Assembly (NCBI GenBank): GCA_010909165.1
Contig: VJWM01000394.1
Location: 1-21,381 of the forward strand
DNA: 21,381 nt
DNA from: Anthoceros angustus
Lineage: Eukaryota; Plantae; Anthocerotophyta
Direction of reading: 5' to 3'
Part shown: positions 11,028 to 21,200 of the stretch, piece after piece
How the letters are laid out: each line of letters begins with the position of its first letter
Numbering within the stretch: position 1 is the stretch's first letter
Position numbers and translations under genes: made by a program
The notes under the pieces: model-generated
Seen by the model: only the letters and a program-made list of their open reading frames with translations
Told to the model about the DNA's origin: nothing
Databases searched by the model: none

Positions 11028-14000
11028 TAGTTTGGCACGATCGCTGTTTTCACAAGCACTATGGGTGTCTCCGGCACATATTCTTCTGTCTTCATTTTGG
11101 ACAGGATTTACTTAAGCGTCGCTAGACTCCGTGGATGCTTCTCGTCCCCAGCCACAAAACTATGCACCGCTCCATTTTCGTCTGTCCACCAGCTCTCACC
11201 TGGCTGCTTCCATGCCCTAATTGTCTTTCTGCTTCCTTGCATCTTTTCTGCTTGCTCCCACATCTGGGCACCGGTGTATATGTTCGACATCAATACATAT
11301 GCTGCACTATCTTTATCATCAAGCTTGATTGCTTCATCGAAAGCATGGCGCCCCAACTCCAAGTTGCTCCACTTTTGACAAGCACCCAACACGGCGTGCC
11401 AAACTGCACCATTAGGCAATACAGGCATTGTACTTACAAAAGCAAGTGCCTCATCCAATTGTCCTGCACGACCTAGGAGATCCACCATACATGTGTAGTG
11501 GTCCTCTGTGGGAGTGATGCCATAGCGTCTGCTCATGGTCTCAAAGTACTCAAGCCCCTTGTTCACGAGACCTGCATGACTGCACACTGTCAGTACACTG
11601 AGGAATGTAATGCCATCTGGGTGTAAGCCATCCTCTCATTCTCTCGACCAAGTCAAAGACCACTTCACTGTCCCTGACTTGTGTAGCCCGCAATTAGTGC
11701 ACTCCAGGTGACAATATTTTTCTCAGGCGTTGTATCAAACACTTCTCCAACCATGCTCCCAGACTTTCCATACATGTTGATCAAACTTCCAGCTACAAGC
11801 ACATCGGCTTGCAGCCCTTGTCCGACAATCTGTGCATGCAGCTGCCTTCCAAGATACAAAGCTGCCAAATCTGCACATGCCTGGAGGACGCACGCGAATG
11901 TCACAGAATCAGGTACAGCAGTACAATTCTCTTGCATAGTACTGTAGAGGCGAAGGCTTGGCACATGCCCTGCTGGCAATATCCTGCTATCATGGCATTC
12001 CACATCACCACGTCCTTGTGACTAGTCCCATCCAACACTCTCTGAGCCTCTAGCAAGTTGCCACACTTGGCATACATGTCTACCAAACTGCTGGCTACAA
12101 ACACATCATCCTCATGTTCTTGTTCTCTAATTTGAGCATGAAGTTGCTTCCCCATCTCCAATGCCTGGGTACCCACACTTGCACATGCCTGCAAGAGGCA
12201 TGCAAATGTCACGGAATCAGGTATAGCGATTCCTTCTGCTTCCATAGCCCTGTAAAGAAGAAGGGCTTCCTGACCCATGCCCTGCTGACAATATCCTGCT
12301 ATCAAAGCATTCCATGTCACCACATCTTTTCTGCTTAGTCGGTCAAACACTTTATGGGCATCCTCCAAACAGCCACACTTTGCATACATGTTAACCAAAC
12401 TGCTGGCTACAAACAAGTCACCCTGGTGTCCTTGTTCCGTAACCTGCAAGTGCAGCTGCTTACCAATATCCAAAGCTGGGGTGCCAAGGTTTGCGCATGC
12501 CTGCAGGAGGCACACAAATGTCACGGAGTTGGGTACAGCCGTGCCCCCTTCCAGCATACCTCTGTAGAGATGAAGAGCTTGCTGCCCCATGCCCTGCTGA
12601 GAATATCCGCTATCATCGCATTCCAGGTCACCACACTTCTTTGGTCAAGCCCATCAAAGACTCTCTGGGCGTCTGACATGCTGCCACACTTTGCATACAT
12701 ATTAACCAAACTGCTGGCTACAAACACATCAGCTTCATATCCTTGATCTCTCACCTGTGCATGAATCACTTTCCCTTCTCTAATACTGGGGTGCCCACAT
12801 GCCTGGAGGAGGCACGCCAATGTCACAGAATTGGGGAAGCCATGCCTTGTTCTTGCATATTGCTGTAGAGCAAGGGCTTCCTGGCCCATGCCCTGCTGGG
12901 AATATCCAGCTATCATGGTAGTCCAGGTCACCTCATTTTTTGGGCCCAATTTGTCAAACACTTGCGTGCATCTTCCAAGCTGCCACACTTAGCATACATG
13001 TTAATCAAACTGTTCACTATAAACACATCAGCTTGATTCCCTCGTTCTCTGATCTCGCTATGAAGCTGCCTCCCTTCTCCAATGCTGGGGTGCCCACAAT
13101 TGCACATGCCTGCAGGAGGCACATGAATGTTATGTTGTCAGGAAAGAAATGCCATCTTCTTGCATCACACTGTAAAGCTGGAGGGCTTCCTGCCCCATGC
13201 CTTGCTGGGAATATCCTCCAATCATAGCATTCCACGTCACGACATCCTTATCAACAAGTGCATCAAACACCCTTTGCGCATCTTCCAAACTACCACACTT
13301 TGCATACATGTTCACCACACTGTTGGCTACCAACACATCAGCTTGATATCCTTGTTCCCCAATTTCCCAATGAAGGTGCTTCCCCTTTTCCAATGCAAGG
13401 GCGCCCACACTTGCACATGCCTGCAAAAGAGACACGAATGTCACTGAATTGGGGACAGCAACGCCTGCATCTTGCATATCACTGTACAGCCGGAGGGACT
13501 CATGCCCCATGCCCTGCTGGGAATACCCTGATATCATGGCAGTCCACGTCACCAAATTTGTTTGCCCAAGTCTGTAAAACACTCTTTGCGCATCTTCCAA
13601 GCTGCCACACTTAGCATACATGTTCACCATGCTATTGGATACAAATACATCAGCTTCAAGTCCACGTGCTGTAATCTGTGCATGAAGCTCCTTTGCCTGC
13701 ATCAATGCCGGTGCACCCACACTTGCACAAGCCTGCAACAGGGATACAAATGTCACAGAGTCGGGTGCCACAAGGCTGTCTTCTTGCATAGCACTGTATA
13801 GACACAGGGCTTCCTGCCCCATGCCTTGCTGGGAATATCCCCCAATTATAGTGTTCCATGTTACAACATCCTTGTGACCAAGAGCATCAAACACCCTGTG
13901 TGCATCTTCCAAGCTGCCACACTTTGCGTACATGGCTCATCAAGCAGTTGGCAACAAACAAATCAGCCTGATGTCCTCGTTCTCTAATTTGTGAATGAAG

Positions 14001-15143
14001 AAGCCTTCCCTCATCCAATGCTGGGGTGCCCACACTCGCACATGCCTGCAGGAGGCACGCAAATGTTACAGAATTGGGTACCGCCAAGCCTTCCTCTTGC
14101 ATAGCACTGTAGAGGGCAAGGGCTTCCTGCCCCTTGCCCTGCTGAGAATATCCTGCTATCAGAGCAGTCCACGTCACCACATTTTTCTGACCAAGTCTGT
14201 CAAAAACTCCCCGAGCATCTTCCAAGCTGCCGCACTTCGCATACATGTTTACCAGAGAGTTACAGACAAACAAATCAGGCTCAACGCCACTGGCCAGCAA
14301 ATCCGCATGCACTTGCTGCCCAGTTCTCAAGTCTGACTCCCTTCCACAAGCCTGAAGGGCCGCCACAAAGACATGGCAATCTGGCTTCACACCAGATCTG
14401 CACATCCCATGATACAGTTGTATGGCCTGCTTGTCTTGTCCTTGTTTAACATGCGCAGAAATTATGGCAGACCATGTGAAAGTATCTGGTTCGGCAACCA
14501 AAACAAAAACATGCATCGCGTCTTGCAACCTGCCATGAGAAGCATACATCCGCAGGATATGGAAGCCCAAGAACGTGTCCGACTGATACCCAGCCATAGC
14601 TGTCAAAGCGTGGACACGGCGACCCAAAACCAGATCCTTCTTCACCACACATCTATTCAGGATTGTGTAAACCACAGACTTGCAAATACAATGCCCTGTG
14701 CGTACCAGACGCTCTAAAGCCTCAACAGCCTCTGCGACATGGCCCTCGTGACATAGATCCTTCACTATACCCATATGCATATCCAGAGCAGCAACCCGCA
14801 CATCCACCCAACCTGGCTTGTAAAAGTTGTTCAACCAGAGGACCTCGTGGGACTGCCTGTGCCGGAAGTCAGGCGAACCACGGCTCTTCTTAGTTTGCCT
14901 GTTATCCCACCACAGTGTTGGGTCCTGAAAAATTGTAGCCACAACCTCTCCTGGTCATGACTCTCCCTAGAGTATCTGTCTCCAGCAGGGGCAGCAGCAG
15001 GAGCAGGAGCAGGAGGGAGCACATTCTCTTGGACGGGCTGGCTGTGTGGCAAGATTGCACCACCTTCCCACTTGCTTGTGGGGCAAAGGTGCAGGCAGAC
15101 GTGCTGAAGCTCTTCCTAGAACACTAGTTACCCCACCGACCAT
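11028..15143 (-). CDS. PLS-class PPR protein: transit-like peptide, OSB-type PDF motif, about 32 PPR motifs, E1-E2, truncated DYW:WW (E+) domain
   Basis: Joined frames give L-S + 9x(P-L-S) + P2-L2-S2 (VTWNAMIAGYSQQG, TFACLLQACA, SLVNMYAKCGSLEDA; CSHAGLV, HYTCMVDLLGRAG). These are followed by E1/E2 and KQPGESWWTDENGAVHSFVAGDEKHP. TAA at 11108-11110, with the E+ reading continuing to ~11028. Start could be 15143 or 15293. About ten short indels. Confidence 0.93.
14805..14950 (-). other. OSB-family PDF motif within the PPR gene N-terminus
   Basis: ERLWLQFF/QDPTLWWDNRQTKKSRGSPDFRHRQSHEVLWLNNFYKPGWV, assuming one base is missing in the homopolymer at 14928-14932. Matches LW..FF.NP..WWDNR..K.....PDFKHK..GEALWL...P.WV as recalled for plant OSB proteins. 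Confidence 0.88.
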
Positions 15144-15859
15144 GGCTCGCTTGCGATTTCCAGCGCTGCATGTTTTTTCCAGCTCTACGCCCGTGGCTTT
15201 CCTGGAGCTTGCCGGCCGTGTGGCTGGAATCCTCAAAAGAAGTGCAGAATGGCAGGTGTTTGTGACACGAAGTCCACAAGATCTACCGGACATATCCAGG
15301 AATTAGTGTTCATACAAGATCAGGGGAAGCATTCGCTCAGGGATACAATTGGCAAAAGCTTCTGAGGAAAAGTTTCGGACAAACCTGCCAAACACAATGG
15401 CCTTAAAATCTACCCATGTTCGATGGGCTTCTTCTATTTGGGCCAGTACGTGAGATCATGATGGCCATCCTCCCTGTCTCTGCCAACAGCTTGCAGCTTC
15501 TCGCAAGCATGGTGAGGACCTTGAGGTCACGCGGTTCTTCAGTGACGATGTGAGGAGGTAAATGCCTCAAAATTCTGCGAAGCGTGGCATCTTGAGCCTA
15601 CTTTTAGAAAGGTTGCTTCTATCCAGTCTCTCTATCGAGCTTCCAGTTTTTATCGAGCTGGGAAAGTTCGATAAACAGGTTTTAGGCAGGTTATGTAAGC
15701 CCTTGGGACATCTTGGGTTAGCATCGTTCGTGCATCGGGCCAAGATATCCTACTAGAATAGTAACTTCCTCTCAATTTTTTATATAAACTTGGGGAACTT
15801 CGATAGATAAGTTATGCAAGTGCTTAGGGACATCATTGGCCAGGCACCTTCGAGTGTAC

Positions 15860-16860
15860 CACAAGCCTCTGGGTTTACCTGTTGCCTTTGGGGGCACTGG
15901 TCTCCTAGCCATGGAGGCCTTGACGATGGCCTTTCTCATGGAAGCTGGGGCCTCTCGCCTGCCTTGGTCTTTTAGTTCTTAACCGGATTCCCCATCGAGG
16001 ACTTGCCCTGTATTGAGGAGGGGCCTTCCCTTGAAGGTTTCCCTAAGGTTGGCTAGGATTCCTTATCCTGAGCCACCATGCCTCTTTTTCCACGCCCCTG
16101 CACCTGCCACGCCCCGGACCTCTCTCAGGAGGAAGCACCAGGTGTGTAGGGCCCTTCTTCCGATTCTTTGCCTCGGCCTACTTGAGCCTCCTCCACTCTT
16201 GCGTGGGGAAGGGGTGGGCTCTGGCATCTAGCTTGGAGTGGGCTTTCCCGTGCATCCAGGCTAATCGCACTACCTCTTTTCTATCGCGATGACGCTTGGC
16301 TTGGTCTGACCTTTGGCCTTCTCTATCATCTTGTAGCTATGGGGCCCTCCTCGACAACTCCGGGTCCCACCTACCTTCGCCTAAGCTGAGGGCACGGTGT
16401 TGCTTAATGATGCCGCTTTTGCAACGTCGCTCGATGGCCAAGGAGAGCAGATTTCTTTTGTAGGAGACGACATACCCCACTGAATGTGTCAGGGGAGGAT
16501 CTATTTCAAACCAGGGTGGGGCGGGAGGGGGAGGGGGGAGTCAAATCACTGCAGATGTCATCGTGAATCCAACCCGAGACAATCGCTTTGTGAGCACGCC
16601 ATCATCAACCTCCAAGTTGGGCGGCGGAGGATGCGCAACATCCAAAGTACATAAGTATACGCCTATGCAGGATGGCCCTGCCTCATCCCCCTCGCCATCG
16701 AGACCCACGGGACCATGGGCAAGGATCTCGGGTCATAGAGGATTAAAGCTGCCCACCACACGACCTAAGGGTGGGTCTCCCTTCCTCCATGGTGGCTTTT
16801 GACAAGTTTCCATTGCCTTAAACGCTGGCCAACGCTATGGATGGCAACAGCGTGAGACAC
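15860..16860 (+). mobile_element. Second, more decayed CRE-like RLE non-LTR retrotransposon fragment
   Basis: LPVAFGGTGL...AFL..SW post-RT motif, CSYG..DNSGSHL, ADVIVNPTRD, SKVHKY, IPLAIETHGTMGKD. DNA similarity to 10150-10660 (e.g. tcatccccctYgccatcgagacYcac). Confidence 0.7.
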
Positions 16861-17436
16861 CAATGACATCGGGTCGAGGTAGGCCTTTTCTTGTCTCTGA
16901 CCACAACATACTTGGGGCGGTTGGTAGTTTTGGGATCGACATTCGGGGGGGCTAGCCCTCCTTGGCCCTTGACCCTTTAATGGGTTATTCCCCATCGGCT
17001 CGAGGTAGATGGGTTTTTGCACGGGCTTGATGACCATGAAATCTAGCGTGTATGGTGCGCCTGCTATGTTAGCTTGGATTCTGGTCAGCTCTCCTGCCGG
17101 CGCCCGTCTTGACATGTCTGCCATCCTCAGGGTTTTGGTTGAGGGTTCGAACGTAGTGAACCCCAAGCGTCGAGCAGTGGCCTCCGTGATGAAGTTGACC
17201 CCCGAACCCGTGTCTAGGGGCACGTTCTTGATGACGCATCCTGCAATTTCTACCTGGACCACCGGCGCTCCTGGATCCCTGTGGGATACTACTCTTACCG
17301 CCACTGTGTTGGCCTTGCGGACGGGGGTGCCTCGTCGTGGTTGCGTCTCCTTGATGGCCCGCCGGACCTCTTGCCGGTACTTCGGGTTGTCCCTCAGCAG
17401 CTGTCGAAACGATACTAGGTGCTGCTGGTTCATCAT
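16860..17436 (-). mobile_element. Gypsy-like retroelement fragment: retropepsin (aspartic protease)
   Basis: LVSFRQLLRDNPKYRQEVR linker, then PVVQVEIAG...VPLDTGSGVNFI...LRMAD...LDFMVI. Confidence 0.8.
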
Positions 17437-17675
17437 TAAAGAAGTTGGTAGCCTAGGATCGCATGTGTGAAGATCGTGCAAGAGGTAAGCAAGAGGGACG
17501 AGAGCAAGTTGGAATCGCAAGATAATACAAATTACACACAAAGAAAGGGTCTTATACAAAACGTTATTGATTGCTATTAATTAACTAATAATAAAACTAA
17601 ACCTAATTTAATTGTAATCAAAATCACCATTATGTTTTAACACATATCTATTCCAAAATAAGCTACATTCCATTA
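17437..17675 (-). repeat. 3' LTR (239 bp, TA...TA termini)
   Basis: Direct repeat of 20315-20555. On the minus strand it is preceded by the PPT-like AAGTGGGAG (17676-17684). Confidence 0.95.
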
Positions 17676-17879
17676 CTCCCACTTAGTTGCAATTAGGAGT
17701 TAATTGATAAGCTTGAAAATATCTTGAAAATTGACTTCATAATAGAAAGTGTACTCCCACGATATAAGCGTAAAAGAGTTCCAAAGCAAGTGTGACGATC
17801 ACATAACACAATAAGGCTTCATCCAATCACCAAGCCGATGAAAGAGGAAATCAACTAATGAGTCGCTCGCTTTGCTCAC

Positions 17880-18410
17880 GCAGTATAAATTGTAGCCCAC
17901 CGCCAAAGTATGTTTCTCATGTACCAACTTTGGCAAAGACTTTGTCAAAAGGTCAGCCACATTTTCCAAGTGGCAACATAGTCCACTATTACCTCTTTAC
18001 GCCTCGCTTGTCTTATAAAATGATGAGCAATCTCGATATGCTTACTTCTAGCATGAAAATCTGGATTCTTCGATAAAGCAATGGTCAATCGGTTGTCGCA
18101 CCAAAGCCGAGTTGGTCCTTCATGAAGCCGCTTAAGTCCACTTAAGAAAGATCTAATAATCCAAATAACCTCTCTAGCATCTTGTGTCATGGCACAATAT
18201 TTTGCTTCCGTAGAGGAAAGACAAATAGTAGTGAGCTTTTTACTTGACCAAGAGATAACTGATCCACCTAAAAATGTACAGTAGGCTGCAATACTACGTC
18301 TAGTGTCTGGATCACCAGCCCAGTCGGCATCACAAAAAGACATTAGTTGAAAACCATCTAGTTGCTTAGAAAAACGTAAACCTTTGCGTGCTGTTCCTTT
18401 GAGGTGCCGG
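17880..18410 (-). pseudogene. Copia RT C-terminus and RNase H
   Basis: RHLKGT..GL...FCDADWAGDPDTRRS...VISWSSKK...LSSTEAKY...LWCDN...NPDFHARSKHIEIAHHFIR. Confidence 0.93.
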
Positions 18411-19323
18411 CCTTTTTCTTCCGGCAATCCTTCTCAATATGGCCGGGTATCTTTGCACCAATAGCAGGTCGTATTTCTGCTTTGGTACTGCTGTGGATTA
18501 TATGTGGAACGCTGAAAATTTTGGTTGAGGAAGCCACGTCCCCTGCCATGTCCTCGAAAGCCCCCTCTGCCTCGAGAAGTGAACAAAATTCTTGAGTTTG
18601 ATTGACCACTTGAGCTGGCCTTCATTTTATTAAGTCCACGAGTCCTCTCCTCTGCTAGAAGAGCTCCAAACACCTCCTAAAGTGTAATAGCAGGAGTTGC
18701 ACCTGCAACTGTTGATTGACTTGCTGTTCTTATCATGGCACTCTGTGCGCTTACAAAAGATTGATATGCTTCAGGTAAGGTTGCAAGTAGGCTGACAGCA
18801 GCCTGGACTTCACTCAAATCTGTTCCACAATATGAAAGGTTAGCACAACAAGTGCGAAACCGGTTAATGTAAGACTCCACGAGCTCGTTATCTTTCATGC
18901 GGAGGCTGAAAAATTCCCTGAAGGCTTGTACTAAGGAGGCTGAGCTCCTATCCTTATAAATCATCTTATAGTTATTTCACACATCACTTGAAGTGGCAGC
19001 ACCCAAGGTATGTGTCGTCATATTCCGATTTAGAGTAGAAATAATAATAGTTCTCGCACGCCGATCCTTCCGTTGCCATTCCAAAATGAGATCAAGGGCG
19101 GCTCCTGAAGCAGGAGCAGGTTTAGACCCGTCTACAACCCCATCAATTCATTTTCTTCTAGAATTTGGGACACCCGTATTGCCCATATAGTGTAATCTGT
19201 TCCATTAAATCTATCTCTATCCTTGAACTCTATCCTATGAGGAGTAAGAAAAGCGGGAGGCAAAGGAGAAGGTCCCGACATGTTTAATCTAGATTGTATA
19301 GCTTGTGGAGAAAAATCCCACAT
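18411..19323 (-). pseudogene. Copia gag (UBN2-type) with RGG linker and CCHC zinc knuckle
   Basis: FNGTDYTIWAIRVSQILEENEL, WQRKDRRARTII, FFSLRMKDNELVESYINRF, LLATLPEAYQSFV, GRGGFRGHGRGRG, CYWCK.PGHIEKDCRKKK; frameshifted. Confidence 0.9.
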
Positions 19324-19507
19324 GCATTACTCTATGTGTTTCGTCTAAAGTTTCAAATAAATTGCCAAACAATGTATTGAATGCTTCACTATCATCACTA
19401 TCATAATTGAGGTCAAAATACATAAAAAAGAATGATTAGTACCAAAGCATATTGAGCTAAGAAAAACTTATATGTATTTTGTAAAAGCATAGTTGGAGCA
19501 AGAAAAA

Positions 19508-19655
19508 AACTTTGGTATAGTGGTTAGTAATTCCGCCTATCACTTGCAACACTATCACTTGCAACACCCAAGTTTGACTCCCATCAACTTTAGTATAGTG
19601 GTTAGTAATTTCGCCTATCACTTGCAACACCCGAGTTCGACTCCCGTCAAATGCA
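19508..19655 (+). pseudogene. Two tandem tRNA-derived units (tRNA-Asp/Gly-like pseudogenes or SINE heads)
   Basis: Unit 2, TAGTATAGTGGTTAGTAATTTCGCCTATCAC...CCCGAGTTCGACTCCCGTCAAATGCA, keeps A box, B box and tRNA spacing. The anticodon stem and 5' acceptor strand are broken. Unit 1 has a 15-bp internal duplication. A T run and TTTA repeats follow. Confidence 0.65.
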
Positions 19656-20301
19656 GCGCCTCCAGGTTTAAAACTTTTTATTTATTTATTTATCTTGGTG
19701 CATGCAGAACCCGAGACGCAGCCATTCACATTGACTGTCACAGGCGCCCAATCGATGTCATGCCCCAAATTGTATTTCTACGACTTTAGGGATCTCGCAG
19801 GTTCAAGAAGCAAACCTGTGACACGCACAACAACTTGCCACCGGCGCCACACACGGCAGCTTCTTTTTGCGACGGCTGTGCCTGGCCGCGCCCGGATTTG
19901 GAGATCAACTGCAGCACCTTCACAATTTGATGTAGATTGCATGCTGGAAAGCTCGGGGCATGGGCGCTGTTGTGTGCGTGCCTGCCGGAAAGCTCCAGAG
20001 AGAATCATCGCGATTGTGCTGGGGCTTCTATACTCCGAGGCATGGCCACCGCTGAAAATTGCTGGGGCAGAGCGATCATTATGGCGTGGCTGGTAATGGA
20101 GAATCACCGATGGAGAATCACCGAGGGAATACCACCTTGATTCTCCCTGCAGCCTGCCTATCGTGCAACTACCCCCTGCCGTTGCTTCAGATAGTTGCTA
20201 ATTTGCCTCATTGGAGGCAAATGCCATTTCTCCCTTTTTTTTTTAAAGAAAAGCATAGCTACCTTATAAGGATTAGCTACATCGGAGATGAGCAGAATCA
20301 A

Positions 20302-20314
20302 GGCTCTGATACCA
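20302..20314 (-). promoter_or_regulatory. Primer binding site (tRNA-iMet)
   Basis: TGGTATCAGAGCC on the minus strand, abutting the 5' LTR. Confidence 0.95.
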
Positions 20315-20555
20315 TAAAGAAGTTGGTAGCCTAGGATTGCATGTGTGAAGATCGTGCAAGAGGTAAGCAAGAGGGACGAGAGCAAGTTGGAATCGCAAGA
20401 TAATACAAATTACACACAAAGAAAGGGTCTTATACAAAAACGGTTATTGACGGTTATTAATTAACGAATAATAAAACTAAAACTAAATTAATTGTAACTG
20501 AAATCACCATTATGTTTTAACACATATCTATTCCAAAATAAGCTATATTCCATTA
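20315..20555 (-). repeat. 5' LTR (241 bp, TA...TA termini)
   Basis: Direct repeat of 17437-17675, between the PBS and the ATCAT TSD. Confidence 0.95.
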
Positions 20556-20770
20556 ATCATTAGGTCCGGCACTTTTGAATGGAGGGGAGTCTCAGAGATA
20601 TTGCTGTGTCTGCGGACCCCGAGCCCCTCCATCACCCTATGGCCGGACCTCCTCGGGTCTTGTCGATTCCTCTAGCATCTCCGTCACCTGCTGCACTACA
20701 TCCCATGAAATTGGGGTGGCACCTTGGGAGGGTCCGGCCTTTCTCCGTTCTGGGGAGAGATTTTCCTGGC
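20556..20770 (-). mobile_element. Upstream continuation (gag-PR linker) of the Gypsy-like element split by the Copia insertion
   Basis: Removing the Copia and one TSD joins ...VPDLM to MNQQHLVSFRQLL in frame. Further upstream the frame reads PISWDVVQQVTEMLEE with TAG/TGA stops typical of C-to-T decay. Confidence 0.7.
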
Positions 20771-20802
20771 AGGATTCTTTTTATATCTAAAATCACAAGA
20801 CT

Positions 20803-21067
20803 ATGAAGGAATATAATTACAGTGAGGAAGAAATCTTTTCAGGAGATTCTATCATCGAAACAATTTTCAAATGGAACAGGAATGGATGGCCATGATCGTT
20901 AAACCGTTTACTCAACAGGGTAAGATTATGCACTATATCGTTAAACTGATTGGGGTCCAATTATTCTGGTAAAGAAAGACGAGAGGTTCATGGATAGATT
21001 TAAAGAAGGAGTTACAGAAAGATCGCAAGCCGTAGGTAAGCAATTGAGTATTCATTTCTTTAATTAA
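20803..21067 (+). CDS. Small bacterial-type hypothetical protein (frameshifted read-out)
   Basis: MKEYNYSEEEIFSGDSIIETIFKW/QEWMAMIVKPFTQQGKIMHYIVKLIG.../KEGVTERSQAVGK. AT-rich, with an A-rich leader and no Shine-Dalgarno sequence, as in Bacteroidota. Converges on a terminator. Confidence 0.5.
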
Positions 21068-21145
21068 GCGAATTTTTCAAAATATAATATCTGAGCTATG
21101 TCTAACGAGTGCCTTAATTAAATGACCTGATATTCATCAATAAAC

Positions 21146-21176
21146 AAAGGGTTCGATATTAATATCGAACCCTTTT
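21146..21176. terminator. Bidirectional intrinsic terminator-like hairpin
   Basis: Perfect 30-bp palindrome AAAGGGTTCGATATTAATATCGAACCCTTT, with T-rich tails on both strands, between convergent ORFs. Confidence 0.75.
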
Positions 21177-21200
21177 CCATTTTTATCAATCGAGAAAAAA

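Larger units (their letters stand above)
17437..20555 (-). mobile_element. Internally deleted (non-autonomous) Ty1/Copia LTR retrotransposon, 3119 bp
   Basis: LTRs at 17437-17675 and 20315-20555, about 95% identical by eye. TSD ATCAT at 17432-17436 and 20556-20560. tRNA-iMet PBS and PPT present. gag and RNase H retained; PR, IN and most of RT absent. Confidence 0.95.

Noticed and set aside
11061-14960. Numerous plus-strand ORFs over the PPR gene
   Set aside because: Antisense shadows of the repetitive PPR coding sequence.
15630-15840. Imperfect duplicated segment with short inverted repeats upstream of the PPR gene
   Set aside because: Too degenerate to assign; no TIR or TSD identified.
19586-19655. 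Functional tRNA gene
   Set aside because: The anticodon stem does not pair and the 5' acceptor strand is missing.
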